DNA of 64,000 nt from Chiloscyllium plagiosum (Eukaryota), in NCBI RefSeq assembly GCF_004010195.1, contig NC_057717.1, positions 73,664,399 to 73,728,398 of the forward strand, in the 5' to 3' direction. A program made the position numbers and the translations under genes. Below the pieces are notes generated by a model. It was not told where the DNA came from and made no database searches. It saw only the letters and a list, made by a program, of their open reading frames with translations. This document shows positions 1 through 12,921 of the stretch, piece after piece (within the stretch, counting starts at the first letter, position 1; each line of letters opens with the position of its first letter).

Positions 1-178
1 ACTACAGCAGACAGCTGAAACTGACAACTGGAAGCGGCAGGGACAGGCCACTATAAATGCCGGAGGAAACACCACAGAAGCGCTTCACAGGAGGCTACCA
101 AGCACTGAGGATGTCACCTAGACAGGGGACGAAACGTTTGCAACAAAAACTTCCAGCTCGGCGAACAGAACCACAGCA
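1..178 (+). mobile_element. Penelope-like element 3' terminal repeat fragment
   Basis: Ends in a hammerhead cassette and a cagctcggcgaac tail, the same layout as the terminus of the GIY-YIG element at 16360-16984. Confidence 0.7.
102..141 (+). ncRNA. Minimal type I hammerhead ribozyme
   Basis: GCA-CTGAGGA-T-GTCACCT(AGAC)AGGGGAC-GAAAC-GTT-TGC. Intact core boxes, stem II 6/7 paired, stem I GCA/TGC, palindromic stem III AACGTT, cleavage triplet GUU. Confidence 0.7.
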
Positions 179-635
179 TCACATACTGTTGCTGTCGCAA
201 ATTCCATATCTAACTGTCCCCCCGACCGATCCATTCGATCTGATAGGATTCTCAACCAACAGCATTTATTGCAGATATAATCCACAATAACCCTTAAACT
301 CTCTTTAATCTCCCACATCTGACAAGAAGCGCAAATCAATCTACTAAAGGCCATTTTTGCTCCTTTATAATCTACAGACCCAGAAAATAACACCGGTCTT
401 ATTCCTCGACAAACACTGTTCCAGGTTAAAGCTATTCACTTATTTGTTTCGGTGCTGTGACTTCGCCCACGCAGTTCCTCTAAGATTAGTTGTGAATTTC
501 ACTGTTTGTTGATTTTCCCAGACGTTCTCCAATGTCCAGCGATACATAAATTCAAACAACAAAGGCAGTAACTATTTTTCAATTGTCATGTTTATTTGAA
601 CTCTGATGTGATTAATGCCGAGTGGTTTGACAAGT

Positions 636-950
636 GGGCGGCACGGTGGCACAGTGGTTAGCACTGTTGCTTCACAGCGCCAGAGACCCACGTTCAATTC
701 CTGCCTCGGGCAACTGTCTGTGTGGAGTTTGCACATTCTCCCCGTGTCTGTGTGCGTTTCCTCCGGGTGCTCCGGTTTCCTCCCACAGTCCAAAGATGTG
801 CCAGTTAGGTGAATCGGCCATGCTAAATTGCCTGTAGTGTTAGGTGAAGGGGGAAATGTAGGGGAATGGGGCTGGGCGGTTGCTCTTTGGAGGGTCGGTG
901 TGGAGTTGTTGGGCCAAAGAGCCTGTTTCCCACACTGTAAGTAATCTAAT
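636..950 (+). mobile_element. HE1-type tRNA-derived SINE
   Basis: GGGCGGCACGGTGGCACAGTGGTTAGCAC A box, GTTCAATTCC B box, TGTGTGGAGTTTGCACATTCTCCCCGTG core, CR1-like tail. Confidence 0.9.
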
Positions 951-3675
951 AACAGATTTGGGGCTCGTCCGGTATCGATTTGATTATCCCAATTAGGGAT
1001 AAGAGCTCTTGGACTGAGAGGCATGAGTGGTAAATGTTACTGTTTCTTGTTCTGGGTGTTGAATTCGGTTGGTTTAAACAGTGCTTGTGGTCGTGATGTC
1101 TCCTTAATTTACGAAGGGTTTTCTCGGGAGTGTAAGAAATTACTGTGAGGGCTTTACAAATGGTGTTCAAGGTAAAGCTTCTGGAATTGCTAGACAAGCT
1201 GGAGTGGTAGTTATCTTTATCTGTGATAAGAGAAGAAATAATTAGAGCAATAGTTACGAATTTAAATTCCTTTGAAATGCCGTCAGAATCTTTGGAAATA
1301 TCTAAAATTCAATTTAAAATGAAGTAACTTGGGTTAGAGGCAAAAGAAAAAAGATGAGAAGAAATTAAACGGTTTGAATTATGTTTAAAAGCAGAGGAAA
1401 GGGAGAAAAAAAGAATTCATCACTTTAGTAGAACAAATCGAAAGAGAGAGAGGAAAGGGAGAAATTGAGAGAGGAAAGGAGCAAGACAAATAATTTCTAC
1501 GCCATAAATGGGCAACTATTAAAGAAAGTCAGCTGAAAGGGATGAAGCTGAAGGTAGAATGTAGGCTTATTAATGAAGATAGTGAAGACGAGCAAACCCA
1601 ACATAGCCAAATGTCCTTTGGGGATCTTTTTAAATATATCAAATAGTTGCATCAATTGATTAAAAGGATGTAGAATTCATTTCCATCTCGTTTGCGAAGT
1701 TGGCTAAACAAACGACGTAATCAGTGACGCTTGGGTTCCTTGATCCAAACAAAACTGATAGGTATAGCCAATAAAGTATATTCATCGCTGTCAAAGGAGG
1801 TATCTGGAGATTACGAGGTGGTAAATAAAGACAACCTAAGTGCACGTGAGCTTGTGACAGAAGCATACAGAAAACGTGTCGGGATTCTAAGGAGGGACCC
1901 TTGTCAAACATACATTGAGATTGAAAGGATCACAGAAAGTAATTTTGGTAAGTGGACAAAGCCATTAAAAATAAAGAAAATATATGACGCCCTTAGAGAG
2001 ACCATCATTTTGGACGAGTTCCGAAAATTTCTTCCTGAAGCAATGAGAACTCATGAGAAGCAATATAAGAGCAGTGTTAAAACGACAAGATTAGCTGGTG
2101 AAATAGTGGATGATTATGATTTGGTTCATAAATCAAGGTTTGGCTTCCAACCGCAATAGAAATTGGGAAAAAGAGAAGTCCTCACATTGTTAGAGAAGCT
2201 TCTCTCGTTGAAGTTACTAAACGTTGCTTACCACAGGGTATAAAAGAAACTGATGATCGGGGAAGAAAAGTTAATAAGCTCCAATGTTTTCACTGCAAGA
2301 AAGTGGGCTGCCTGAAATCACAGCATTGGTGTGTTAGGAAAAGCACTGTGAAAACAGATGTAGGAAAACAGGGTAAGTCAGTTAATTTTGTTGAAGTGGT
2401 AAAGGAAAGCACAGTAGAAATGGTAAAGCTGCACAAGAGTATACAATCTGGTCGAAGGTTATTTAAGGAGGATATGCCAGAAAATGCTGAAAAACTGAAG
2501 CAATTATATCAAAACATATACAGGGAAGAACGATCAGAGTGAGTCACTGAATGCTACTATATTGAAGATGTTGTCTTAATGAGGAAATATATACCATCAT
2601 ATACTCAAGCAGATGAGAAATAGACAGACATTCTTCAAGTCGTATTGGCAGTGGGTTATAAAAATATTTTTTTTGCTGGGAGCACATTAATTACCAGTAG
2701 GAGGTGAGGGGTAATAAAAACTCAAGTTAAAATACGAAGTCATTTCTACTGGCCTGAACTACATAAGGATGTAATTGAATTTTGCCAGGCATGCTTTACA
2801 TGCCACATAACTGGAAAACCTCAGGAAAAAAAAAAATAAAAGCCCATCCTTTAATATCCAAGTTTGTATTTGAGGAATCGTTTGCAAGAGTGTTAATTGA
2901 TCACGTAGAATCCCTACTTATAATGCAAAAAGTGGGAATCAGCATTTGTTAACAACAATGGATGTGTCCACATGATATCCAAAGACCATTCATTTACACA
3001 ATATCACAGCTGAAAGGGTTATAGAAGAGTTGCTCACATTTTTCACGAGGTATTGTCTAACCACAGAGGTACAATCAGATTAAGAGTAAAATTTTGCATC
3101 AAAATTTTTAAATGAAGTTATGGACAGTTTAGGAATAAAACAATTCAAATCAATTGCATATCATATCATGCAGAACAGCAGGGAACGATGGCAAGGTGGC
3201 TTTAGACCTTAAAGACCATGTTAAGGGCTTATAATCAAGACAATCCATATGTTTGGGATGAAGGAATTAAGTTTGCATTTTTTTCCATGAGAGACGCACC
3301 GAATAAATCGACCAAATTCTGTCCAATTGAATTAAGTTTTGACATGAGGTGAGAAGACCATTAAATTGATTAAGGCGAAATTGTTTATTCGGAATTCAGA
3401 AACTACATATTTGCACTATGTGTCAAATTTTAGGGAACGGATAAGTAGAGCGGGGGAATTAGCTGGACAATATTAAAAATATCACTGGGTGCAATGAAAC
3501 AGGAAGCAGACACGAAATCAAGAACTTGCAGTTTTGCTAAATGAAATAAAGTGTTGTGTTACTTCCAGACATAGGTGAACCTTTAAAAGCAAGGTTTAGT
3601 GGACCTTATCAAATCGAAGGAAGATTATGTGAGATAAACTGTTTAATAGGGATTCCAGATAGAAAGACATCGCAC
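951..3675 (+). mobile_element. Gmr1-like Gypsy LTR retrotransposon, decayed internal region (PBS, SCAN-like gag, zinc knuckle, integrase) with internal deletion
   Basis: PBS TGGGGCTCGTCCGGTAT at 959, near-match to the tRNA-Pro PBS. ORF 1731-2159 reads ELVTEAYRKR...LRETIILDEF; CFHC knuckle near 2285; integrase HFYWP..C..C and core motifs at 2740-3620. Confidence 0.8.
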
Positions 3676-3679
3676 TGAC

Positions 3680-4146
3680 CGGCTCTGATCCAGGCAGTAG
3701 CCGGGTAAATTTCTTTTACACGCTCCCCAAAGCCTCCACACTCTTCCTTTGGTGTGGTGACCTTGACTGTACACAATAATCTAAAATGTGGCTTCAGTAA
3801 ACTCTTGTACAGCTGAGGTATAACTTCCAATATTTAAGCTTAATGTCATGATCTATAATGGCAAGCATGCTATATGTTTTCTCATTCAACTTATCCCCTT
3901 AGTTTGCCACTTTCAGTGAGCTATGGACTTAAACCTCAAGATAATGACCTGATTTTCCCTGCATATCTTCCTCTTGCATTTGATCTCTAAAAATGGAACA
4001 TCTCACAGAGTCAGAGAGATGTGCAGCATAGAAACGAAAACTTCAGTCCAACTTGTACATTTGATCCATATCTTTCTGAACCCTTCTCTTCTATATACCC
4101 ATTTGGGTGACGTTTAAATGTTGTCATTTTACCAGCTTCCACCATA

Positions 4147-4193
<47 letters not shown>

Positions 4194-4198
4194 ATATC

Positions 4199-4230
<32 letters not shown>

Positions 4231-4980
4231 TTACCCTCTGTGTGAAAACGTTGTTGCTTAAGTCCCTTTTAACTCTTTCCTCTCCCACCTTAAACCTATG
4301 CCACCTAGTTTTTGACTCACCCACTCCAAGGAAAAGACCTGGTCTACTTACTCAAACCATGACCCCGTGATTTTTTTGAGCATCTATAGGATCGCCCATT
4401 AGCCTCCGACACTCCAGGGAAGGTAGCCCCAGCCTATTCAACCCCTCTGTATAACACAAGCCCTACAACCCTAGCAAAATCATTGCTAATCTTTGCTCAA
4501 ACCTTTCAAGTTTAACATCTTTCTTGTAGCAATGAGAACAGAATTGAATGCAGTATTTCGAAAGTGGCCATATCAATGTGCTGTGCAGCTGCAACAGGAC
4601 CTCACAACTGTATATTCAATTTACTCACCAATAAATGTAAGCGTAACAAACATTTTCTTCACTCCTCTATCTACGGTCGACTCCACTTTCAAAGAAATAT
4701 GAACCTGTACCCCAAGTTCCCTTTGTATGGCAACACTTCCCAGACGCTATGATCAACTGTATAAGTTCTGCTCTTGTTTGCCTTTCCAAAATCCAACACG
4801 TCCCATTTATCTAAATTAAACTCCATCTACCACTTCTCAAACATAAACCCATCTGGTCAAACTCCCAATGTACTTGGATATAACCTTCTTGACTGCCCAC
4901 AGCACCACCAATTTTGGTGTCAACTTCAAAATTCCTGATTATTCCTCCTATGTTTACAACTAAATCATTTATAACAATCT
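3680..4980 (-). mobile_element. CR1 LINE 3' fragments, decayed, two pieces
   Basis: Minus-strand QLYKSLLKPH and CR1 3' UTR and RT C-terminal motifs. Confidence 0.75.
4146..4230. repeat. (TATC)n-(TA)n-(CA)n compound microsatellite
   Basis: Directly visible tandem repeats. Confidence 0.95.
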
Positions 4981-5699
4981 ACTTTCGATAGAATGCGTTT
5001 CCTTGGATATTTAATTTTTAATCCTAATCCCTGTTTGGTATTGGCCCATACTTCCTGGGTTATATTGGTGCGGACATTATGTGGTCAGTGAGTGATCGCT
5101 AAAGGAATTAATACAAGCACAATGACCGATTTCTTTACTTCATGAGGGTCCTGATGCTAACCCAGTGAGATTGGCCTGATCGCCCTTTATTTAGATTCCG
5201 TGGGATTTACTCATTCTCAATGAGGTTCACAAAAGACATTGTTTTGACCTGTGGTAACTGATGTCGATCATAAGGCCTGATAGACACAGTTTGTTTCCTC
5301 AGTTGACTGTCTTCGAACATAAGGGGTGGTATTAGAATATTTCCAGGGCATTTGTTTGGTACAGAAAAATGGTATTATTTATCTTTCCAGTTGTAGGTAG
5401 ACTCATTGGAGTCACTGTGATCTGCCTGATTTCAACTAAATTTTATATCACCAGGCCCGTGTCGCTTTTGAACACATGAATGTCAGTATTAACATTACAT
5501 CTGGTGTGCAGCGCTGACAGGCCAGTGTAACTTCATTCTTGTTAGCTGCTGAAAGATTGCCTGAGAACCAACTAGGAAAAATTGTTTTATTTCCTCTCCG
5601 AGAACCAAATGCACTTTCTCAATATATTTGTCAGATATCCAATTAGAGCTGCATCATCGGCTATTCGCCAAGTACCATCTCCTCTGAAAAAGTGCAGAA

Positions 5700-6480
5700 G
5701 GAGTAATGATTGAAACATGGACAAATAGAATTATTAAGAGGAAGTGAAAGGTTTCAGCCCTCTGAACCTGATACATCATTCAATATGATCGTGCCTGAGC
5801 ACCCCACACTGCGGATTGTTCCCAATTTCACTAAGAACGTTTTAATTCTTGCAGCCCTAAGAAATAAATCTATCTTTGTTTTGAACATAGTTTGGTATCA
5901 AGTACATTCCGTCGCAAAGGATTCCACAGTGTCACTACTTTCAGTTCATTAAAAAAAACTAATCATCTCTGCTAAAAATGACCTTCCAGGATCCAGAGAT
6001 ATTGACTACTGGTTCTTGGCCCACTGGGAACATATTTTCTACATTTATATATCTCGTCCTGTTAGATTGTTTTAGATTTCTATGAGAAGAATCCTCAGGT
6101 CAATCCTTATTGTCCTAACTGATCCAATCTCTTTATGTAACAGTTTTGCCATCACAGGAATCAGTCTGGTAAACTTTCGTTGTACTACACAATAGCCAAA
6201 ACATCACTGTTCAGGTAAGCAGACCAAACATGTACACAATAATCCAGATCTGATCTCATCATTATAGTTAGGCATCCCTGCTCCAATGTTCAACTCCTCT
6301 CACTATGAAGTGCCTTCTTCACCACCTGCTACATCTGAATGCACTCTTTGAGTGACTTGTGTACGAGAACACTCAGTTCTCTGGCAACCCTTCATTGCTC
6401 AAATGATTGTCATTCAGATAAACCACCTTTCCGTTTTTGTTTGCAAAATGGATACTTTCGCAGTTATCCATGTTATATTT
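5700..6480 (-). mobile_element. Old CR1-clade LINE 3' fragment
   Basis: Antisense of a CR1 ORF2 C-terminus (cacaataatccagatctgatctc, ggtaaactttcgttgtac) and 3' UTR; heavily decayed. Confidence 0.55.
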
Positions 6481-6490
6481 CATCTTCAAT

Positions 6491-6690
6491 GGGTCAGTTA
6501 GCTCAATTGGCTGATTTGCAATGCAGTGATATCAACAGCATGGGTTCAACTCCTACACCCACTAAGGTTACGATGAGCACTCTGCTTCGCAAACTCTCCC
6601 CTTATTTGAGATATGGTGACTCTCACGTTAAACTATCGTCGGTTGTTGTCCTTCTCCAATCACAAAGCAGCCGTTTGGTTCAGTCGAGTT
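6491..6690 (+). mobile_element. tRNA-derived SINE, second family, decayed
   Basis: GGGTCAGTTAGCTCAATTGG A-box-like and GGGTTCAACTCC B-box-like head. Confidence 0.5.
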
Positions 6691-6867
6691 GTGTTGACTT
6701 CTTTCTTTACTTCATCGGTCATACATTTTTTCTAATCACTGAACTTGTCAAACTCACAAGGAAGCATGTCTTCATCTTCTTGTGAGTATATCCTTCGACC
6801 TATCATTATATCGTCTGTAAACCTGTATCTATTAAATTTAGTTTCTCAAAAATATCATTGATATGTA

Positions 6868-7550
6868 TTGAACATAGAACATAGAACAATACAGCACAGA
6901 ATAGGCCCTTCGGCCCACGATGTTGTGTCGAACATTTGTCCTAGCTTAAGCACCCATCCGTGTACCTATCCAATTGCCGCTTAAAGGTCACTAAAGATTC
7001 TGACTCTACCACTCCCACAGGCAGCGCATTCTATGCCCCCACCACTCTCTAGGTAAAGAACCCACCCCTGACATCTCCCTATACCTTCCACCCTTCACCT
7101 TAAATTTATGTCCCCTTGTAACACTCTGTTGTACCCGGGAAAAAGTTTCTGACTGTCTACTCTATCTATTCCTTCGATCATCTTATAAACCTCTATCAAG
7201 TCACCCCTCATCCTTCGCCGTTCCAATGAGAAAAGACCTAGCACTCTCAACCTATCCTCGTACGACCTACTCTTCATTCCAGGCAACATCCTGGTAAATC
7301 TTCTCTGCACCCTCTCCAAAGCTTCCACATCTTTCCTAAAGTGAGGCGACCAGAACAACATCACTTCACGCCTCTTGAATTCAATCCCTCTGCTAATGAA
7401 CGCTAATACACCATAGGCCTTCTTACAAGCTCTATCCACCTGAGTGGCAACTTTCAAAGACCTATGAACATAGACCCCAAGATCCCTCTGTTCCTCCACC
7501 TCACTAAGAACCCTACCGTTAACCCTGTATTCCGCATTCTTATTTGTCGA
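6868..7550 (-). mobile_element. CR1 LINE 3' end with internal deletion
   Basis: ORF 7095-7499 EQRDLGV...[26 protein letters not shown]; tandem (ATAGAAC)n tail at 6868-6890. Confidence 0.9.
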
Positions 7551-8639
7551 TAACCTTCGGCTGCGATCACACAGTTTTTATTATGTCAACTTTCCAGACT
7601 ATGAAAACACTGTGAGATTGAAAATGAAAACACATATTTGGGAGAAAGACAGGAAGGGACGAAATAATTCAGAACATTTGCAATTACTCTTGTGTTAAGT
7701 GGGAAGGGAAAAATGCAAGGCAATATTCTGGAAGTATTGACATTTGGATAAAACAGTAATAAACTCTCATAAGCAACAAGCTGAGAAAGAGAATGTGAAA
7801 ACAAGTGAAGAGTGGAAAAGAATAGAGATAAAAGTGAAGATGTCAGGATGCAAGGAAAAGTGAGCATGGCGATGCAGCAATGATGATTTTAATTAGATGG
7901 ATAAATATAAAATAAACAAAAAACAAGACTGAGAGCGGTTCCAAGAAATTATGTTGGGAAAAATGAAGAAAGGTCAATATCAGTACAAGAAACAAAATCA
8001 TATTTCCACAAAAATCCAGCATCGCATCTTGGTGATAGCATGAGTTTTGGTAATTACCAATGAAAAATCTAAAAATTTGAATTGGAATGTCTACTGTTAA
8101 TTTTCTATGAATGCATCTCAATGAATTTCCACATTCATTTCTCTCCTCATGTCCACAGAATGTTTGTAAAAAAATGTGAATATGCATATTCATTTTTAAG
8201 AGATGAAACAGTTTAATTTGAGTCTGTATAAATGTACTATTCTCTGTGCACAACAAGATTTGTAATAGTGCATAATGATTATTGGTTAAAGCAATAATCT
8301 AGAAAAGTTCATTTTTTAGTATTAGATGCATACGAAGTAAATACGTAAGGGGGGTGGGTGTTTTGGTGTAATGCCAAAAACGACAGACAAAAGACAATGA
8401 GGAGTGGAATGAGAGAAGTGTGGAGAACCCTGCTATCACGACACACTAGATAATGTCGAAGGGATGCAATGTGCCATAGCCTTAGAGTTTCAGAAAATTC
8501 GAGAAATAGTCAGCTGCTCTGGAAATATTATTTAGTAGGGAAACAGTTAATGTTTCGAATCAAAGTCGACACTTCATAAGAACTTACAATTCATGAATGC
8601 CATGAATTGTAACCCGTTCATTATCATAAGGTCTCAGAT

Positions 8640-10330
8640 AGGATAGAGAGTGCAGGATGCTTCTTAAGATTACTCCACAGAGGCCAGTATCCCACCACCA
8701 AGTCATACTTTATTCACAAGTGCATAGCACTTGACACACGTGCAACTTCCTCAGACTCCGCTCTCAGAGTGAACAGAACCTTTGACACTCCTGTGTATAT
8801 CTCTAAATGAGTGGGCTTTGCTGAATCGTAGAATTGCTTCCGGATCAATACATAAGGTGGCATTGGCTACTTTGATAGTCTCCAGATTACCCGAAAAACT
8901 TCCAGTTATTAAATTATGACTTCACATCGGCAGTTGTTCTCTAACTGAAAAGTCTTGAGTCAATCAAGATGAATCTTTCTCAACCAACTTCACCCCATCA
9001 TATTTGGGCCTGAGCCTATTACTGCAATCAAAGCTAACTGAACTAATTTCTTCTCATGCAAGACCAGAACCAAAGTTTTACCCTTAATCTGTAAATGTTC
9101 GCCAATTAAGGTTTTCTGGCTAGCTGCAGTCTTATTCAAACTTCAGAGTTCGAGCCCAGAATAAGGTTTGTTAAAAACTGGATCTGCAACCACTGATAAA
9201 GCTATGCCATTATCAACCTCCATTCGAATCAGTTGCTCGATTCACCAGACATTTATTTTAATTGATTCTGATTTGTATGTTGGTAACCAAATTAACTGTT
9301 CCAAGCCAGCTGTGTGTGGACTTTCCAGGGTATGCCCTCTCATGGATACATGCCTATGAGTTCTCTCTCTGAATTCAGGTCTCGTAGGACTCCTCTGCAT
9401 TAGTGAGTCTGCATACTGGCAGCAATTGCAATGGATTGATTGCTGAGATCCTGAAGAAAATGTTAACCGTATGGCTGAGATTTGGTTTTGTATTGAGCTT
9501 TTGCTGTGGGCTGACCGAGTGTCCCTCTGTTCAGGATATATCCTAAACTGTGTTATTGCATCATGCAACAAGTGTACCCGAGATCAGTCGGCCTGACAAA
9601 GGTCTCCATTTGCATCAGCATACTTTGTAACTCACATGTTGCACGTATTCCAATGTTAAACCCAGTTTTAATATCTGTTTGAAGTCCAGTTGTATGTCAG
9701 CTAGTCGGCATTTTTGCAGAGTAAACTAATTAATCAAAAATACTAAACGGTCTCTCTACATCTGTCCCTAATGGCATTTTGGGTCAACCCACAGCAGTTG
9801 TTCTGCAGTGGTTCAAGAAAGCACTTCATCACCAACGCCTTACTGGAAGCTCGGGACGGGCAATTAGTACTGGCCAGCCAGCAACGGCTACACCTCACAA
9901 AATGAAGATGAAATGAAATCTCCTTCAGAGTTAAATCAAAGTCACATGCCTCTGGCAGTCATCCTAACCTCGTCAAAAATCCTAACGCAGCTTCCAAGGT
10001 CTTTGAACTGCTGAGTAAATCGATCGCATCTCCGAATTACAGGATACTTTGGGTCGCAACATTCCTAAACAAAATCTGTCAATGTTTGAAAAGTTTCAGT
10101 ATCTGGTGCCTCAGGAAAAGTCAGGCTTATAATAACTGAAAAAGCTGAGGGTTTGCAAGCTGTCAGGAGAATTATTTGTTAAATTTCTTCTCCCTCAATG
10201 TCATTGCCCGGAACAAAAAAAAGTTTCCAGATACTGGGCCCAGACTTCAACGGCAGGATTGAATGTGTCAAGCTTCCAAACTAACCGCATGATGCCATGA
10301 ATGCTTACCCAAATGCAAACATGACTTTTG
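8640..10330 (-). mobile_element. Gypsy LTR element of a second family: decayed gag-protease
   Basis: Minus strand: gag start near 10295, ILLTACKPSAFSVIISLTFPEAPDT near 10100-10170, protease IKINVW...MEVDNGIALSVVADPVF at 9170-9265. A short LINE tail is inserted near 9780-9900. Confidence 0.65.
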
Positions 10331-10509
10331 CGTGCGAATTACTTAAGGAGTGTATTTCTTTTTCTTTCATCACCACTGAAATAAATCCACAAAGCCAATA
10401 TCCTGTCACCAATTAATTCAATCTTTATTTATATGTGCGAAACTTTTGATGCTCATCTGGCTTTAGAGGTTGTTTAGTGATTAGCACTATCACATGATAG
10501 CGCTTTGAA

Positions 10510-10790
10510 ACCAACTGTGTGAAGTTTGCACGTTCCCCCAGTGTCTGTGTGGGCTTCCACTGGTGCTCTGGTTTTTTTTTCCCACAGTCCAAAGATGTGC
10601 AGGTTAAGTGGGTTGGCCACGCTAAATTACTATAGTAAACATGGTTGTGTAGGTACACAAGATTAGTTATGGAAAATGTAAGGCGATACAGTTTGGAGAT
10701 GGGTCTGGGTGGGATATTTCTGTTTGGGCTTTTGGTGTCCACTAGATGAGCCGACTGCCTACTTTCACGGTGTAGGGATTCTATTAAAAA
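10510..10790 (+). mobile_element. HE1-type SINE, 5' truncated and decayed
   Basis: tgtgtgaagtttgcacgttccccc...cccacagtccaaagatgtgcaggtta core. Confidence 0.75.
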
Positions 10791-11129
10791 CACTGGTAAG
10801 TACCTTGCATGACCGAATGTTACAGGACCACAGATGTTAGTTGCTATCTGTTGGTTGTGGATTCACTCAGCTCTGTGTATCGCTTTCTGTGTATATTGCT
10901 TGACATGCAGGTAGTTTATATTGGTTGCACCATCAGGTTGTGACATAGTTTCTTTTCATGAATGCCTGGAGCTGCTCCTGTCATGCTGTCATGTACTCTC
11001 CATTAAACCAGTTTGTTTAAAATTATGTGGTGTTTTAACATTCATATGCTGATTATCAAATCTCTCCTGTGAATATAAAAAGTAAGTATAGTGCTGGAGC
11101 ATATCCTTCAAACCATCATGTACGCAGTG

Positions 11130-12230
11130 ACCATAATGCTATTTTAAATTAATTTCACTTGTCTTTATATGTCCTTTATCCCCGTATATTCTGCCTGGAT
11201 ATGCATCTTTCAAAATGCCATTTAAACATTTCTATCGTGTCATCTTCTATCATCTTTCCTGGCAGGGCATTCCAAGCACTAACTGCACTCTGTTTCAAAA
11301 CTTGCACTTCTCCTTTAAAGTTATGTCCTTTCAACTTGAACCTATGCACCATAATATTTGAGTTTACCATCTTTGGAAATAGATGACTATCCATCTGTCC
11401 ATACCACTGATAGTTCTATACACTTCTATCAGATCGTCCCTCAGCGGGTAAACATTCCACGTTTGTCCAACCTTTTCTTAAATCACATGGACTCCAATTG
11501 ACGAAAATCATGCTAAGCCACTTTTTACCCTCTTCAAAGACTTCACATGCTTCCTACAGTGAAGCAGCAAGAATTACACTCAGTACCCCAGTTGTGGCCT
11601 GACCAAAATCTTATATTGTTGCGCTACGACTTGTTAAATTTTCCAATCAATGCTTTGGCTTACGAAAGCGAGCATGCCATATGCACTCTTTACCATCTTA
11701 TCCACTTGATTTGCCACTTTCATGGAGCTATGGTCTTAGAGCTAAAGATTCCTGTGTATATCAATTCTCCTATTGATCCAACATTTTACAGCATCCTTTC
11801 CTCTTGCATTTGACCTCCCATAAACTATCCTTTTACATTTGTCTGGATTAAAGACCATCTGCCATTTCTCTGCCCAATAACCCAACGGATATTTTTCCTG
11901 CTGTATCCTTTCATATCCTTTCTTGCTATCTATAATTCCACCAACGTTCATACCATCTTCAACTTTGCTAATCAGGCCACTGACATTTTCAATCAAATAC
12001 AAACAATATGGGTCCCAGCGCTGATCCTTATGGAGCACCATTTATCATAGAACTTCAATCAGAGAATACAAAACACGTCGACAGCTACACTGTAACCGAG
12101 TCGACTTTGTATTTGAATTGCCATCTCAAGTTGATTCCATACAATTTGATCTTCGGGACCAGTTTACCATGTGGGATCTTGCTAAATACGTTAGTAAATT
12201 CCAGTAGACAACATCCTTCGACCAATCCAC
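11130..12230 (-). mobile_element. CR1 LINE RT and 3' fragment, decayed
   Basis: Minus ORFs WAEKWQMVFNPDKC and FKLKG..FKGEV..AWNALP. Confidence 0.8.
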
Positions 12231-12294
12231 CATATTATTGTGAGATAACAAAAATATTTTCATAGGACAGTAATCTTTAACATTGTTATTGCAT

Positions 12295-12593
12295 GGCACA
12301 GTGGCTGGTTGACTCAGTGGTTAGCACTATTGACTCACAGTGCCAATGACTGAGGTTTGAGTCCTTCACATTGTCTGTGTGAAGTTTGCACTTCTCCCCA
12401 TGTCTATGATCTTTCCACTCGGGGTTCTGGTTTCCTACCACTGACCAGGAATATGTAGACTAGGTGGAGTACCATGGAAATTCCAAGTGAAGGGAGAGGG
12501 CTGGGACGGGGTTTGGGTGTGATGCTGATGGCAGTGGCACTGTTGACTTGATAGACTGAATGGCCTGCTTCCACACTACAGTGATTCTATGAC
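12295..12593 (+). mobile_element. HE1-type SINE, decayed
   Basis: ctcagtggttagcact head, tgtgtgaagtttgcac core, tail ending ttccacactacagtgattctatga. Confidence 0.7.
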
Positions 12594-12789
12594 ATTTTGA
12601 ATGTCCTGAAAACAGAAATCCTGTGATTTATTCCTTCTTTGTTTTGTTTTTGGGCGAATCACTTTGTTTTATTATCTCATTCACAGATTAGAGTTCAAAA
12701 AGATCAGAATTAAATGGGATTTTAGATTGTCTGACAAAATGCATTGACATCTGTTGGAGAGGTAAAGTTAGCATCGTTCTAATGTACTA

Positions 12790-12921
12790 CAGGGAGAAAG
12801 TGAGGACTACATACGCTGGAGATTAGAGTCGTGAGTGTGGTGTTGGAGAAGCACAGCAGATCAGACTGCATCCGAGGAGCAGGAAAATCGACTTTGCGGT
12901 CAAAAGCCCTTCACCAGGAAT
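12790..12921 (-). mobile_element. Short Penelope-derived terminal repeat with decayed hammerhead
   Basis: Homologous to 37002-37121 and to the tail (46178-46306) of the GIY-YIG element. Minus strand reads CTGGTGAagggcttttgaccGCAAAGTC. Confidence 0.65.

Noticed and set aside
572-1024. ORFs over HE1 SINEs (also 13749-14059, 36181-36426, 44516-44799) and their tRNA-like heads
   Set aside because: Recurrent SINE translations. The heads are tRNA-derived Pol III promoters, not tRNA genes.
8120-8180. Isolated strong acceptor (ctctcctcatgtccacag) with a short coding tail; similar case near 43606
   Set aside because: No partner exons or recognisable domain.
8506-8585. Another hammerhead-like remnant on the minus strand (CTTATGA...GAAACATT)
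   Set aside because: Core box and stems too degenerate to call.
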